From Treponema sp. (GTDB lineage: Bacteria > Spirochaetota > Spirochaetia > Treponematales > Breznakiellaceae): a DNA stretch of 34,725 nucleotides. The DNA lies in the NCBI GenBank assembly GCA_031275515.1, contig JAISOQ010000155.1:1-34725 (forward strand), read 5' to 3'. Below the pieces are notes generated by a model that was not told where the DNA came from, did not search any database, and saw only the letters and a list, made by a program, of their open reading frames with translations. Below are positions 17,054-25,949 of the stretch, piece by piece. How positions within the stretch are numbered: position 1 is the stretch's first letter; each line of letters opens with the position of its first letter. Position numbers and translations under genes: made by a program.

Positions 17054-18311
17054 CGATGATTTGGTTGTCGGCCTTGATATAGGTTCGACAAAAGTCTGCG
17101 CTGTTATTGGTGAGCGCACTGAAAATGGAACTCTTGAAATAACCGGCGTAGGGACGAGTCCGTGTTCGGGTCTTAGGAGAGGGGCGGTGGTAAACATCGA
17201 AGCCACTCTGAGATCGGTGGCGGCTGCCGTTGAAGCCGCGGAAATGATGAGCGGCCAGGAGGTCCATTCCTGCTGGACCGGCATAGGCGGAAATCATATT
17301 GACGGGATCAATTCCCGGGGAGTTGTGGCGGTAACCGGCAAGAACCGGGAAACCCGGGAAATAGGGAAGGACGATCTCAGCCGCGTCCTTGAGGCGGCCC
17401 GGGCGGTGGTTATCCCTATGGACAGGCAGGTGCTGGAGGTTATCCCCCAGTCCTACATTGTAGACGATCAGAAATTCATACGGGATCCCCTGGATATGAT
17501 AGGCGTGCGCCTTGAGGCTGAGGTGCATATCATCACCTGTCCGGTCACTTCCGCCCAGAATCTCATTAAGTGCGTTAACCGCGCCGGATTCAAGGTTAAC
17601 GATCTCATCCTCCAGTCCCTGGCCGCAGGCCGGGCGGTTTTGACTGAAGAGGAAAAGGAACTGGGGTGCGCCTTGATAGACCTGGGCGGGGGTACCACGG
17701 ATGTACTCGTGTATTCCCAGGGAACGCCCTTTTCCACCACTGCCGTTCCTGTGGGCGGATCGCGGGTTACCAGCGATATTGCGGAGGTCATTCACCTGTC
17801 GTTTGAAACGGCGGAGCGGATCAAACTTGACGCCGGGTGCTGCTGGGGAGAGCTTCTGGAAGGGGACGACGACATCATCGTTCCGGGCGTTGGGGGCCGT
17901 CCGCCCCTGCCCATTCCCAGGGCCCACGTCATGCATATTATCTCGTCGCGGATGGAAGAGATTTTTATCCTGATAAAGCAAAAACTGGACGAGCTTCCCT
18001 TGATCCGGCCTTTGGGGGGCGGTATAGTTTTGACAGGCGGAGGCGCTCAGCTTTTGGGGGCTGCGGAATTGGCTTCCCATGTATTCAGGATACCTGTGAG
18101 AGCCGGCATTCCCCTGCCTAATTCTTTGGGCGGGCTTGTAGATGAATACCGCAGCCCGGTCTACGCCGCCGCGGTTGGGTTGGTGCTTGAGGGGAACGAA
18201 AGGGAAGGCGGGAATGTTTCCGAAAGGGGAGGGACATCCCATCCCCAGGAAAAAGGCCAGCCGTCGCTTTTCGACCGGTTGGGCGATTGGCTTAAAAAAG
18301 AATTTTTTTAA
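17025..18311 (+). CDS. ftsA: Cell-division protein FtsA (actin-like ATPase)
   Basis: Recognised from VVGLDIGSTKVCAVIGE, DLGGGTTD and GIVLTGGGAQL. The start is ambiguous. ATG at 17025 overlaps ftsQ by 29 nt. CTG at 17046 lies 6 nt after AAGGAGG. The listed start at 16959 is rejected. Confidence 0.88.
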   Translation: MGIRRPFLANDDLVVGLDIGSTKVCAVIGERTENGTLEITGVGTSPCSGLRRGAVVNIEATLRSVAAAVEAAEMMSGQEVHSCWTGIGGNHIDGINSRGVVAVTGKNRETREIGKDDLSRVLEAARAVVIPMDRQVLEVIPQSYIVDDQKFIRDPLDMIGVRLEAEVHIITCPVTSAQNLIKCVNRAGFKVNDLILQSLAAGRAVLTEEEKELGCALIDLGGGTTDVLVYSQGTPFSTTAVPVGGSRVTSDIAEVIHLSFETAERIKLDAGCCWGELLEGDDDIIVPGVGGRPPLPIPRAHVMHIISSRMEEIFILIKQKLDELPLIRPLGGGIVLTGGGAQLLGAAELASHVFRIPVRAGIPLPNSLGGLVDEYRSPVYAAAVGLVLEGNEREGGNVSERGGTSHPQEKGQPSLFDRLGDWLKKEFF

Positions 18312-18343
18312 TAATTTAAACCATACGATTTTGGGGGGGGATT

Positions 18344-19549
18344 ATGAACAATATCCAGGTATTTGACGAAATAGCATCGGAATCGAATCCGACTATCATC
18401 AAGGTTATTGGGGCTGGCGGCGGCGGCTCGAACGCGGTCAACCGGATGATTGAATGCGGGGTGCAGCAGGTACAGTTTATCGCGGCTAATACGGACGTGC
18501 AGGCGCTGAATAAATGCAAGGCTCCGATTAAGCTGCCTATAGGTTCCAGGCTTACCGCCGGACTCGGCGCGGGGGGCAAGCCTGAAATCGGTGAGATGGC
18601 CGCCCAGGAAGACAGGGACATGCTGGCCAACGCCCTTAAAGGGGCGCGGATGGTGTTTATCACCGCCGGCATGGGAGGCGGGACGGGGACAGGTTCCGCG
18701 CCGGTAATCGCCCAGATAGCCAAGGAGGGGGGCGCCTTAACCGTAGGGGTAGTGACTAAACCTTTCGCCTTTGAAGGGCGGTACAAAATGCAGCTCGCCG
18801 AAGACGGGATCGCCAAGCTGAGAAGCGCGGTGGATACCCTCATTGTCATTCCCAATCAGCATTTGATGCGCGTAGTCGATAAAAAAACCCCCATCAAGGA
18901 AGCTTTCAGGCTGGCCGACGATGTGCTCCGCCAGGGAGTGCAGGGTATTTCGGAACTCATTACTAATCTGGGGGACATGAACCTTGATTTTGCCGATGTG
19001 GAAACCACGATGAAGGATCAAGGCGACGCGCTGATGGGAATAGGCATCGGTTCCGGCGACGGCCGGGCCGAGCAAGCGGCCTCAAATGCGATTGGAAACC
19101 CCCTCCTGGAAGACAATTCCATTGAAGGGGCCAAGCATATCCTGGTCAATGTTTCCGGCAGCGAAGACATATCCCTCCTGGAATACGAATCGGTGGTGAA
19201 TTACATCACCCAGAAGGCCGATCCCGACGCCCATATCATCATCGGCCAGACAGTGGACGAACCCCTGGGGGACAAACTACAGGTAACGGTTATCGCTACG
19301 GGCTTTAAAAACCGGATGCTTGCGAATCAGGAGCAGGATCAGTCGAAGGAAACGGGAAAGGCCGGGAAAGGTGATTTCATAGACTATGGGGAGTTCACGT
19401 CCATTACGACCGGACGAGCCAGGGGAACTTCCGAATACGCAGGTTACCAGGCTGACGACATCGAAGTGCCGACCCTCTACCGGCGGGATCGGAAATACAA
19501 CAAGGAAAGGGACGCTGACAAATTCGGTTCCGCCGGAAAAGGCGTTTAG
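18344..19549 (+). CDS. ftsZ: Cell-division GTPase FtsZ
   Basis: Recognised from [13 protein letters not shown], the tubulin signature [16 protein letters not shown] and the C-terminal peptide [11 protein letters not shown]. The ATG is preceded by a G8 tract that acts as the SD. Confidence 0.95.
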   Translation: MNNIQVFDEIASESNPTIIKVIGAGGGGSNAVNRMIECGVQQVQFIAANTDVQALNKCKAPIKLPIGSRLTAGLGAGGKPEIGEMAAQEDRDMLANALKGARMVFITAGMGGGTGTGSAPVIAQIAKEGGALTVGVVTKPFAFEGRYKMQLAEDGIAKLRSAVDTLIVIPNQHLMRVVDKKTPIKEAFRLADDVLRQGVQGISELITNLGDMNLDFADVETTMKDQGDALMGIGIGSGDGRAEQAASNAIGNPLLEDNSIEGAKHILVNVSGSEDISLLEYESVVNYITQKADPDAHIIIGQTVDEPLGDKLQVTVIATGFKNRMLANQEQDQSKETGKAGKGDFIDYGEFTSITTGRARGTSEYAGYQADDIEVPTLYRRDRKYNKERDADKFGSAGKGV

Positions 19550-19568
19550 TTTGGCAGGGAAACGGACC

Positions 19569-20462
19569 GTGTTGGATCACTACTATTCCTACCTTGTTTC
19601 GGTGGAACGCCGGGCCCGGTTGACCGTGGAGACCTATCGCTTTGAAATGGGTTTCTTTCTGGATTGGCTTAAAACCCAGGGGCTTACGCCGGAACAGGTG
19701 GATTCAAACGATCTGATCCGGTACATAGATTTACGCCGGAACCGGGATGGGATTGATATGCGGTCTGTAGGAAAGGCGGTTTCTGTACTCCGCTCTTTTT
19801 TTCGTTTTATGGTGACGGAAAGGCTGCGGACCGATAATCCTGCCGAACTTCTGGAAGGTCCCCGGAGAACCCTGCGCCTTCCCTCCGTACATCCCCGGGA
19901 ACTCATTGATGAGATGTTGAATTCCGTGGATACCGGTACTCCCACAGGGCTTAGGGATCGGGCGATTTTTGAATTTATTTATTCCTCAGGCATCCGGGTA
20001 TCGGAAGCGGTTGCCCTGAACCTGGAAGACATCTTTTTTTCCGAAGGCATAGCCAGGGTAGTGGGCAAAGGAAGCAAGGAACGCCTGGTAGTTTTCGGCG
20101 CCGAGGCTGAGGCGTGGCTCAAACGGTATGTTGAAGAGGCCAGGCCCGCATTGGCAGGGAGCAGGCGGAGTGACGCCCTTTTTATCGGCAGGACAGGAAA
20201 ACGGCTTTCCCGAAAAGGAATATGGAAGAATTATGCCGGCATCACCGCGCAGATCGGCATGAGTTCCCGGCTTCACAGCCTGCGCCACAGTTTTGCTACA
20301 GAGATGCTTTCGGGAGGCGCGGATCTCAGGTCGGTCCAGGAACTGTTGGGCCATGCGGATCTGGCCACCACGCAGATCTATACCCATGTGGATAATTCGA
20401 TGCTCAGGGAAAACCACCGGCGGTATTTGCCTAAACTCCGGTCTTACTCCTCCTCTGGTTGA
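19569..20462 (+). CDS. xerD: Tyrosine site-specific recombinase, XerD/XerC family (divergent paralog)
   Basis: The catalytic pattern is GIRVSEA (R), GKGSKER (K), HSLRHSFAT (H-x-x-R), LLGHADL and IYTHV (Y). The listed ORF start at 19386 lies inside ftsZ. Plausible starts are GTG at 19569 (chosen), TTG at 19551 or TTG at 19572. Assignment as XerD versus XerC is tentative. Confidence 0.75.
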   Translation: MLDHYYSYLVSVERRARLTVETYRFEMGFFLDWLKTQGLTPEQVDSNDLIRYIDLRRNRDGIDMRSVGKAVSVLRSFFRFMVTERLRTDNPAELLEGPRRTLRLPSVHPRELIDEMLNSVDTGTPTGLRDRAIFEFIYSSGIRVSEAVALNLEDIFFSEGIARVVGKGSKERLVVFGAEAEAWLKRYVEEARPALAGSRRSDALFIGRTGKRLSRKGIWKNYAGITAQIGMSSRLHSLRHSFATEMLSGGADLRSVQELLGHADLATTQIYTHVDNSMLRENHRRYLPKLRSYSSSG

Positions 20463-20475
20463 AAGGCGGGATGCG

Positions 20476-21219
20476 ATGAAAATTAGGAGAGAGACTGTTA
20501 TCGGCCTTGCGGTGCTGGTGATCTTTGCCGCAGGGCTGACATTTTTTTTGAATGTCCGGAAAAGCTGGGTCCGGAACGATACGGCTTTACGGATTGCGGA
20601 GATTTCAGGCCGGGGCGGGCCTCCCGAAACTATCGAGGGGCTCAGAAATGCCCTGGCCCTCTATGAAAAGCGAATCGAAGCCCATGTCCGGGACGCCGCC
20701 CAGACCGGGGTGTACTGGAAGATACTGGCTATCCGGCTTCAAGACCGGGGGCTTCATCTGGAAGCCCTGGAAGCCCTGGAGCAGGCCATGAAGTACAACG
20801 CCGAAGACCCAAGCCTGCGCTATCTTGCGGGGATCTCCGCCGCCAGGGTAGCTAAGGGAACGGCGGATATGATCGGCGGGGATCAGCGCGGCAGGTATTA
20901 CGCCCTTTCGGAATCAGCGTTTCTTACGGCCATCGGCCTTGATGAAACCTATAGCCGGCCCCGGTATGCCCTGGGGGTACTATATACCTTCGATCTTGAC
21001 CGGCCCGAAGATGCCATTCCTCATCTGCTCCGGTTCCTGGAACTCACGATCAACGATGTGGACGGGATGTTTGTTCTTGCCCGGGCCTATTACATGACCT
21101 CCCAATACCGGGAGGCCCTGGAACTTTACGATCGTATTCTTAAAATCGTCAAAGATTCTGATAAGAAAAAGGAAGCGGAACGGAACAAACAACATATAAT
21201 GGAAGTATACTATGGATAG
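20476..21219 (+). CDS. Membrane-anchored tetratricopeptide-repeat (TPR) protein
   Basis: ATG at 20476 follows AAAGGCGGG. The N-terminal TM segment is VIGLAVLVIFAAGLTFFL. It is followed by TPR-like helical repeats (ALALYEKRIE, ALEALEQAMKYNAEDP, ALGVLY.., ARAYYMTSQYREALELYDRILKI). A hypothetical gene occupies the same position between ftsZ and smf in Borrelia, as I recall. Confidence 0.65.
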   Translation: MKIRRETVIGLAVLVIFAAGLTFFLNVRKSWVRNDTALRIAEISGRGGPPETIEGLRNALALYEKRIEAHVRDAAQTGVYWKILAIRLQDRGLHLEALEALEQAMKYNAEDPSLRYLAGISAARVAKGTADMIGGDQRGRYYALSESAFLTAIGLDETYSRPRYALGVLYTFDLDRPEDAIPHLLRFLELTINDVDGMFVLARAYYMTSQYREALELYDRILKIVKDSDKKKEAERNKQHIMEVYYG

Positions 21220-22174
21220 CCGCCGGGGTCTTTTGGATTTAATCATCCGGCAAATCCCCGGATATTCAAGTCCTGCCCGGATCCGGCTATGCAGAGAATT
21301 TGACCGGGAAGAAGACTTAACCAGGCTTGGCAAAGGAGATATAGCTCAAATTCTGGGGACGCCCCACCGGGATTTTCCCTGGACTATGGATGCTTTGAGG
21401 ATACAGGCCGAAAAAGACGCCGCAGCGGCCCGGCAGCGGGGGATACATTGGGCGTCTTACGCAGAGGGCGCCTATCCGCCTCTGCTTAGGGAGCTCTACG
21501 ATCCTCCGGTGGTGTTTTTTTATCGTGGCGCTCTTCCGGACCCGGAAAAACCCCTGGCGGCGGTGGTGGGAACCCGCCGGTCTTCGGGGTACGCGGCGGC
21601 CCAGGCCTATGACATAGCCAGAACTTTGGGCTATAACGGCGTTCCGGTGGTGTCGGGGCTTGCTCTGGGCATAGACGCTATGGCTCACCGGGGGAATCTG
21701 GCCGGAGGCGGGAAAACCCTGGCGGTTCTGGGATCGGGGCCGGACATGGTGTTTCCGGCCTCAAACCGGGGAATAGCCCGGGCGATCCTTGAAAACGGCG
21801 GGGCCTTGGTAAGCGAATATCCCCCCGGAACCGCTCCGGCGAAATGGCATTTTCCCGCCCGGAACCGGATCATTGCCGCCCTGGCCCGGGGCGTTCTTAT
21901 CGTGGAAGCGCCGGCCTTGTCGGGAGCCCTTATCACCGCCCGATTCGCCCTGGAACAGGGCAGGGACCTTTGGGTGGCATCCGCAGGGATTTCTTCGCCT
22001 CGGGGGGAAGGATGCCGCAGCCTTGCCGCAGACGGGGGACGGATTATCAGGAGGGGGGAAGAGATCCTTGCCGAATGGGGCATTGAAATAAGCGGGAAAA
22101 ACGTGGATAGTATCCTTTCAGGCGGATCCGCCCTGGCCTCGTCTTTGGCGCGTTCCCTGAATACACGGTTATGA
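21212..22174 (+). CDS. dprA: DNA-processing protein DprA (Smf)
   Basis: The Rossmann-like DprA core is present: AVVGTRRSS.Y, PVVSGLALGIDAMAHRGNL, LAVLGSG.D..FP..N, HFPARNRIIA and LIVEA...SGALITA. It overlaps the TPR gene by 8 nt and lies directly upstream of topA, as in many bacteria. Confidence 0.9.
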   Translation: MDSRRGLLDLIIRQIPGYSSPARIRLCREFDREEDLTRLGKGDIAQILGTPHRDFPWTMDALRIQAEKDAAAARQRGIHWASYAEGAYPPLLRELYDPPVVFFYRGALPDPEKPLAAVVGTRRSSGYAAAQAYDIARTLGYNGVPVVSGLALGIDAMAHRGNLAGGGKTLAVLGSGPDMVFPASNRGIARAILENGGALVSEYPPGTAPAKWHFPARNRIIAALARGVLIVEAPALSGALITARFALEQGRDLWVASAGISSPRGEGCRSLAADGGRIIRRGEEILAEWGIEISGKNVDSILSGGSALASSLARSLNTRL

Positions 22175-24360
22175 GAGAAACAGGCATGGCGGCAAAAACG
22201 AAGACGGGCGAGAAGAAAGAAGCCGGCAGGAAAAAGGCGGCGAAAAATCAGGATAAAAAAACTCTCGTCATTGTGGAATCCCCCCACAAAGCGGAAACCA
22301 TAGAGAAATATCTGGGGCCTTCATTTAAGGTAAAGGCCTGTAAAGGCCATTTAATCGATCTTCCTAAATCCCGGATGGCCGTTGATGTGGAGCATGATTT
22401 TGAGCCTGAGTATATCACCGTCAGGGGCAGGGCCAAACTCCTTAAAGAGCTTCAGGGAGACGCCAGGAAAGCGGAGGCCGTACTCCTGGCCAGCGACCCG
22501 GATAGGGAAGGGGAGGCCATAGCCTGGCACCTTAAAAACGCCATTATGGCCAAGGCGGATAAGGTTTCCATTCAGCGGGTCAGTTTTGACGAGGTAACTC
22601 CCAATGCCGTCAAGGAAGCCCTGGCGAAACCCAGGCGCATAGACGAATCCATGGTAAACGCCCAGAAAGCCCGGCGGATTTTGGACCGCCTGGTGGGATA
22701 TAATCTTTCTCCCCTGCTCTGGAAGAAGGTGAAGAACGGTCTTTCCGCCGGACGGGTACAATCCGTGGCCCTGCGCCTTATCTGCGAACGGGAACAGGAA
22801 GTTGAAGCCTTTATTCCCGAAGAGTACTGGACTCTTGACGCGGACTTCCGGGTGGGGCGTTCCCTGTTTACCGCCCAGCTTGTGTCCTGGCAGGGGAACA
22901 AGCCGGACCTCAAGAACGAGGCGGCGGTAAACGTCATTAAGGAGCAGGTTTCAAAGGCCGACTGCATAGTTTCGGATATTAGGGAAACCGAAAAGTCCAT
23001 CAAACCCAAGCCGCCCTTTACCACCTCCCAGCTCCAGCAGACCGCCGCCAACCGCCTGGGTTTTACCGGCAGGAAAACCATGCAGATTGCCCAGCAGCTC
23101 TACGAGGGAGTGAACATAGGCAGTTCCCGGGTGGGCCTCATTACCTATATGCGTACCGATTCCGTCAGAATTTCACCGGTCGCTGTGGGGGAGGTCCGTA
23201 ACTGGATAGGGGAGAAGTTTCCCCAGGACCTCCCGGAGAAGGCCCTGGAATACTCGGTGGGAAAGAAAGCCCAGGACGCCCATGAGTGTATACGTCCTAC
23301 CTATGTAATCTACACCCCCGAGGAGATGAAAGATCATCTCTCCAAGGATCAGCTCAAACTCTATTCGATCATCTGGGAACGGTTTGTATCGAGCCAGATG
23401 AAAAACGTCAGGACAAAGACCCTGAGCGCCGATATAAAGGCGGGGGAGGGGATCTTCCGCATCGCCGGGACCAAGATCATCGACAAGGGATTCTATAAGG
23501 TAATGAAACACCTGGTTGCCAAAGAGGAAAAGGGTAATCCCTATCCTGATTTGAAAATCGGGGATCGCATTAAAGTAGAAAACTTCCATTCCGAGCAGCA
23601 TTTTACCCGCGGCCCTTCCCGGTACACCGACGCTACCATCATCGAAACCCTGGAAGAAAAAGGCATAGGCCGGCCTTCCACCTATGCCCCCATTATCTCG
23701 GTCCTTCAGGATCGCTACTACATAACCCGGTCCAGTAAGCAGCTTATCCCTACCGTCCTGGGAAAGCTGATCAACAAAATGCTGGTGGAATACTTCCCCA
23801 ATGTAATAGATGTGGACTTTACCGCTTCCATAGAAACCAGGCTGGACGAGGTTGCCAAAGACGAGGTTAACTGGCTGGAAATAATCCGCGATTTTTACGA
23901 TCCCTTTAAGGATAGGCTGGACGAGGTGGGAAAGACCCTTGAATCCTACAAGGGGTCCCTGGATGAAAAAACAGATCATGTATGCGAAAAGTGCGGCAGG
24001 CACATGGTCAAGAAACTTGGCCGTTTCGGGTACTTTCTTGCCTGCTCCGGGTTTCCCGAGTGCCGGAACACCAAGTCCATTCCCCTGGCTAAATGTCCAA
24101 AATGCGGCGGGGACATCGTGGCCCGGAAGACCCGGGGCAGGGGAAAGGAATTCTATGGCTGTACCAACTATCCCGATTGCGATTTTATCAGCCATTTTAA
24201 GCCTACCAGCATCCAGTGTCCCCAATGCGGGCAGTTTTTGGTGGAAAAATACGATAAGAAGAACGGGTCCCACAAAGCCTGTATAAATCCGGAATGTGAT
24301 TATCTCCATTCCGAAGACGGGGAAGAAGGGGAACCCAAGGGCGGTTTTGATGAAGCATAA
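22171..24360 (+). CDS. topA: DNA topoisomerase I with three C-terminal C4 zinc ribbons
   Basis: The Toprim region is LVIVESPHKAETIEKYLG and DPDREGEAIAWH. The active-site region is ITYMRTDS. Three CxxC...CxxC modules sit at the C-terminus. The start is ATG at 22171 (ATGA overlap with dprA) or ATG at 22186. Confidence 0.93.
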   Translation: MRETGMAAKTKTGEKKEAGRKKAAKNQDKKTLVIVESPHKAETIEKYLGPSFKVKACKGHLIDLPKSRMAVDVEHDFEPEYITVRGRAKLLKELQGDARKAEAVLLASDPDREGEAIAWHLKNAIMAKADKVSIQRVSFDEVTPNAVKEALAKPRRIDESMVNAQKARRILDRLVGYNLSPLLWKKVKNGLSAGRVQSVALRLICEREQEVEAFIPEEYWTLDADFRVGRSLFTAQLVSWQGNKPDLKNEAAVNVIKEQVSKADCIVSDIRETEKSIKPKPPFTTSQLQQTAANRLGFTGRKTMQIAQQLYEGVNIGSSRVGLITYMRTDSVRISPVAVGEVRNWIGEKFPQDLPEKALEYSVGKKAQDAHECIRPTYVIYTPEEMKDHLSKDQLKLYSIIWERFVSSQMKNVRTKTLSADIKAGEGIFRIAGTKIIDKGFYKVMKHLVAKEEKGNPYPDLKIGDRIKVENFHSEQHFTRGPSRYTDATIIETLEEKGIGRPSTYAPIISVLQDRYYITRSSKQLIPTVLGKLINKMLVEYFPNVIDVDFTASIETRLDEVAKDEVNWLEIIRDFYDPFKDRLDEVGKTLESYKGSLDEKTDHVCEKCGRHMVKKLGRFGYFLACSGFPECRNTKSIPLAKCPKCGGDIVARKTRGRGKEFYGCTNYPDCDFISHFKPTSIQCPQCGQFLVEKYDKKNGSHKACINPECDYLHSEDGEEGEPKGGFDEA

Positions 24361-25312
24361 TGTGAATGTCCCGGCGGTGCGGCCAGGACAGCGGCCTGCC
24401 GTGCGCACGGACATTCAAACTGTAAAAATACGGGAGTATCTTGCCTACCTCCGTTCCGTGCGGGGCGTTTCGGCAGAAACGATGCGGGCCTATACGCAGG
24501 ACCTCTCCCGTTTTGAGGATTACTGCGTGAATCACAACATAGACCCCGTGAATGCGGAAATCGGCGATGTACGGGGTTTTATAGGCGAAGCGAGTTTCCA
24601 GGGGAATGCGGCGGTCAGCATTAACCGGGCTCTTTCTTCTATCCGGGGATTTTACCGGTGGCTTATACGGATGAACATCCGAATCGACGATCCCTCTGCG
24701 GCCCTGCGGAATCTCAAGATTCCCTATTCTCTGCCGGTTTTTCTGTGGGAAAAAGAAATGGCGGAATTTGCGGAACTCCCGGAAGAAAAGAAGATACTCT
24801 GGCCGCCCCGGGACAAGGCGATGATCCTCATCATGTATTCCGCGGGCCTGCGTATTTCAGAAGCCGCTTTTCTTTCCCTGAACGCTCTGGAACGGGATTT
24901 ACGCGGCGCCCGCGTAATAGGAAAAGGGAACAAGGAACGCTGCGTTTTTTTTTCCGAAGACGCGCGGAAATCCCTGGGGGACTGGATTCTTGTACGGCGG
25001 GGCTGTATCCCTGCGGAGCATCCCACAGACCGTCTTTTTATCAACCGGCGGGGCAGGCCCATTTCCACAGGCGGTTTGCGGTGGATTATCTCCAGATATG
25101 CGGAGCAGTCGGGGCTGCATAAAAACGTGCATCCCCACGCCCTTAGGCATACCTTTGCCACCCACCTGATGAATTCGGGATGCGATGTACGGGTAGTGCA
25201 GGAACTCCTGGGCCACGCCAGTCTTTCTACCACCCAGCGGTATACCCACGTGGATATCGAAGGGCTTAAACGGATTTACTCGGAGGCCCATCCCCATGGG
25301 TCGCGGGATTAG
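24350..25312 (+). CDS. xerC: Tyrosine site-specific recombinase XerC/CodV-like
   Basis: Recognised from AGLRISEA, GKGNKER, HPHALRHTFATHL, LLGHASLSTTQRYTHV and a C-terminal AHPHG. ATG at 24350 overlaps the topA end by 11 nt. The gene is immediately upstream of hslVU, as codV is in B. subtilis. Confidence 0.82.
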   Translation: MKHNVNVPAVRPGQRPAVRTDIQTVKIREYLAYLRSVRGVSAETMRAYTQDLSRFEDYCVNHNIDPVNAEIGDVRGFIGEASFQGNAAVSINRALSSIRGFYRWLIRMNIRIDDPSAALRNLKIPYSLPVFLWEKEMAEFAELPEEKKILWPPRDKAMILIMYSAGLRISEAAFLSLNALERDLRGARVIGKGNKERCVFFSEDARKSLGDWILVRRGCIPAEHPTDRLFINRRGRPISTGGLRWIISRYAEQSGLHKNVHPHALRHTFATHLMNSGCDVRVVQELLGHASLSTTQRYTHVDIEGLKRIYSEAHPHGSRD

Positions 25313-25364
25313 CGGTAAGGCGGATTATCATGAATGGCAGCACATTATGCGATAAGGATATAAC

Positions 25365-25949
25365 ATGAAGAGACAAGGCAGAGACAACAGTGTTTATAGC
25401 CGGACGGACGACGGACGCCCCGTCATCCGTTCTACAACAGTAATAGCGGTACGCCGGGAGGGCAAAGTCGCTATGGGCGGCGATGGGCAGGTAACCTTTG
25501 GAGAAACGGTGATGAAGAACAACGCCCGTAAGGTGAGGCGTCTTTTAGACGGCAAGGTACTCTGCGGCTTTGCCGGCGCGACTGCCGACGCCTTTACCCT
25601 CTTTGACCGTTTTGAGGGGAAACTCAAGGAATACTCCGGGGATCTTACCAGGGCGGCGGTAGAGCTGGCCCAGGAATGGCGTACCGACCGTAACCTGAGA
25701 CGCCTTGAAGCCATGCTTCTCGTGGCGGACAAAAGCAAGACCCTGCTTATTTCCGGCACTGGGGATGTGATAGAACCGGCTGACGACGCCCTGGCCATAG
25801 GTTCCGGGGGCAACTACGCCTATGCGGCGGCCCTGGCGTACCTGGACGGCAGCGACCTGACGGCGAAGGAAATCGCCGAACGGAGCCTGCGTATAGCGGG
25901 CAGCATCTGTATTTATACCAACAATCAGATCACCTTGGAGGAACTTTAA
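25365..25949 (+). CDS. hslV: ATP-dependent protease subunit HslV (ClpQ) with an N-terminal extension
   Basis: [21 protein letters not shown] aligns with E. coli [21 protein letters not shown], and GFAG..ADAFTL and GSGG.YA are present. The ATG at 25365 lies 8 nt after AAGGA. No later in-frame ATG, GTG or TTG occurs before the catalytic Thr codon at 25434. Confidence 0.9.
   Translation: MKRQGRDNSVYSRTDDGRPVIRSTTVIAVRREGKVAMGGDGQVTFGETVMKNNARKVRRLLDGKVLCGFAGATADAFTLFDRFEGKLKEYSGDLTRAAVELAQEWRTDRNLRRLEAMLLVADKSKTLLISGTGDVIEPADDALAIGSGGNYAYAAALAYLDGSDLTAKEIAERSLRIAGSICIYTNNQITLEEL

Noticed and set aside
16935-18242. A 435-aa ORF on the minus strand, antisense to ftsQ/ftsA.
   Set aside because: It lies entirely within well-supported plus-strand genes. 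The translation is Pro/Arg/Gly-rich with no recognisable motifs, which is typical of shadow ORFs opposite GC-rich coding sequence.
19386-19568. Upstream extensions of listed ORFs into the preceding gene: the xerD-like ORF from 19386, the TPR ORF from 20293, the xerC ORF from 24296, and the ftsA ORF from 16959.
   Set aside because: Each extension overlaps the 3' end of a confidently called upstream gene by 50-180 nt and adds non-homologous sequence. Better-placed starts exist at or just after the upstream stop.
19569-25312. The two tyrosine recombinases taken as the ends of an integrated mobile element or prophage remnant.
   Set aside because: The cargo is housekeeping (TPR protein, dprA, topA). 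No flanking direct repeats or tRNA target were seen, and both proteins have XerC/D-type rather than phage-integrase-type C-terminal motifs. The same neighbourhood (smf, hslVU) is conserved in other spirochaetes and in Bacillus.
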